Below the pieces are notes generated by a model. It was not told where the DNA came from, did not search any database, and saw only the letters and a program-made list of their open reading frames with translations. This document shows, piece after piece, positions 62,601-64,000 of a stretch of DNA of 64,000 nucleotides. Positions within the stretch are counted from its first letter, which is position 1; each line of letters opens with the position of its first letter. The translations under genes were made by a program, and so were the position numbers. The DNA comes from Selaginella moellendorffii (taxonomy: Eukaryota; Plantae; Lycopodiophyta). The stretch is taken from NCBI RefSeq assembly GCF_000143415.4, contig NW_003314375.1, positions 431,393 to 495,392 on the forward strand. The letters run 5' to 3'.

Positions 62601-64000
62601 TACCTCAGTCGCCACCTTGCATGGCCCGACCTAAGGCGAGAAATCCCGCTCGAAGCTGCGAGACCAGCAACTGTCCCGTTTCCACCATGTTGCTGCCGTG
62701 CCAACCACATGCAACGAAGATCCCTGACACTTAGAGTGGCCGGATCGAAGATCCCGCCGCCACCCTAAGTCCTGCCCTAACCGCAGTTAGGGCAAAAGCC
62801 AGCCAAGAACCCTAACCCTAGCCACGAATTAGGGCAGGTGAGAACTCTGAGACCGTGAAGAATTTTTGCCTGCGCTTCTGGGAGGGTGTGAGGCTCCCTC
62901 CCAGCTATCCCCCTGTGAATTTTTGTGGAAAAATTCCAAGCCGTTCAGGAGTTATGAGCTCCCAAAAAACTTGAAACCATGAGAAGCGAAAAAAGAAGAG
63001 GAGGAGAGGAGAGCGTCCAGCTGCTGCAGCCGTGGTGTTCCTAACTGCCCTCTCGACTCCTCCAAATCTCTAAGCCCCGAAAAACCCTAGCCGCCGCCGA
63101 AGAACCCTAAAAACAGCAGCGACCTAGGGCCAGCGAGATCTCCAGATCCGTGGCAGATCTTCCCCACCTGGGTTCGCTTACGCCCTGCCTTTGCCATCTC
63201 CCAGCAATCCGCCTCTATCCTTCGCTAGAACTAAGGAAAACGCTCCGATACCAAATTGTAAGCCACAAATTTTTCCTTTCTAATTTGCCAGCTTACCTTG
63301 TCTATCCGTCCAACACTGCCTTAGTTTTTGCTAAGTTCCCTTGCCAAGGTTCTCGCCTATGGTACCAGCTCTTACTTGGTTTCAGCTACTCACTACATGA
63401 GCAACGGAGTGTTAGCCATCCATCCACAGATTCCTAAATCACTCCCAATCCCCCTCCCCGGGTTAGACTGGACTTAAGGTTCGGCTACACTCCCCGCAAG
63501 CACAAGCAGCCAAGCACACCAAACTTCCAGGTTCCTAACATCCCTTGGTACCACAAGACTTGATCATGGGACCCTCTAAATCCCAAGTCTTGAGTGCAAC
63601 ACTTGCTTCGGGACGCCGGGGCAAAACACTGTGGCCTAGCGGCCCAGTATAGGTACCTCTACCCCCCCCCCCCCCACTTCCATCCCGAAGGAAGGCCCAA
63701 GCCCCTAGGAAGGGCGAGGACCAATGAGCCGTATGGTACTCAAGTGGGGCACCACTCCACATGAGCCGGGAGCACCGCAATCGGTTTCCCTTTCGGGAGT
63801 GGGAGCTGCTCTTGAGCACTTCCTTGGATGGCCCTTCCGGCACCAACCAAGTCCATGCTCACTCCCACCCAAGGCCCCTCGGTCCCAGTCTCAACCTCAA
63901 GTCGGTTTGGAAGCCCCACTGGAGAGTCCCTTCAAAACTGGTTCCTGGACCTCACTATCCCTACTAAACTTTTGGAACCCCCTGCAGCCCCCCCCCCCCC
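59622..64000 (-). mobile_element. Galadriel-like copy, inverted, internally deleted
   Basis: 5' LTR 63257 to window edge; PBS 63242-63253; gag, PR (LIDTGAS) and RT start fused to the last ~115 bp of the 3' LTR (59622-59736). Confidence 0.93.
60515..63197 (-). CDS. gag: Gag (ATG 63197, interrupted by a 1,444-nt segment; main ORF 61723-60515) with CCHC-like knuckle
   Basis: MAKAGRKRTQ + VGTEPPPELEP..VVEDWFYDMEDYF..YLADNAKSWWR..CYNYGEAGHFSRECP; the terminal TGA is CGA in the sister copy and is in frame with PR. Confidence 0.85.

Overview
Eukaryotic, repeat-dense plant DNA. The ~40-60 nt GT-AG introns, a sperm-flagellar SPEF1-like gene and a Tcn1-like retrotransposon suggest a seed-free vascular plant, most likely Selaginella (inference, not verified). 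The window has three layers. (1) A series of decayed Helitrons (hairpin+CTAG 3' ends, A|TCATACTCCC 5' ends, Rep/PIF1 and RPA70-like remnants) lies among mosaics of host gene fragments (FGAM synthase, BIG ARF-GEF, kelch protein, CYP85-clan P450, kinase). Several Helitron 3' ends are joined at or within 3 nt of another Helitron 5' end. (2) Nested Ty3/gypsy elements include three Galadriel-like chromovirus copies inside each other, a deleted 3-kb gypsy element, solo LTRs, a 5S-rRNA-bearing Cassandra TRIM, and a Tcn1/Tf1-type element with a self-priming structure and a PEG10-like -1 frameshift pseudoknot. (3) Two host-like genes remain: an apparently intact SPEF1-like gene and a large IQ-motif gene with a damaged 3' half. 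The most unusual observations are a 1,444-nt segment in the gag 5' end, bounded by 18-bp direct repeats and removable exactly by GT-AG splicing, and the repeated Helitron tail-to-head junctions.
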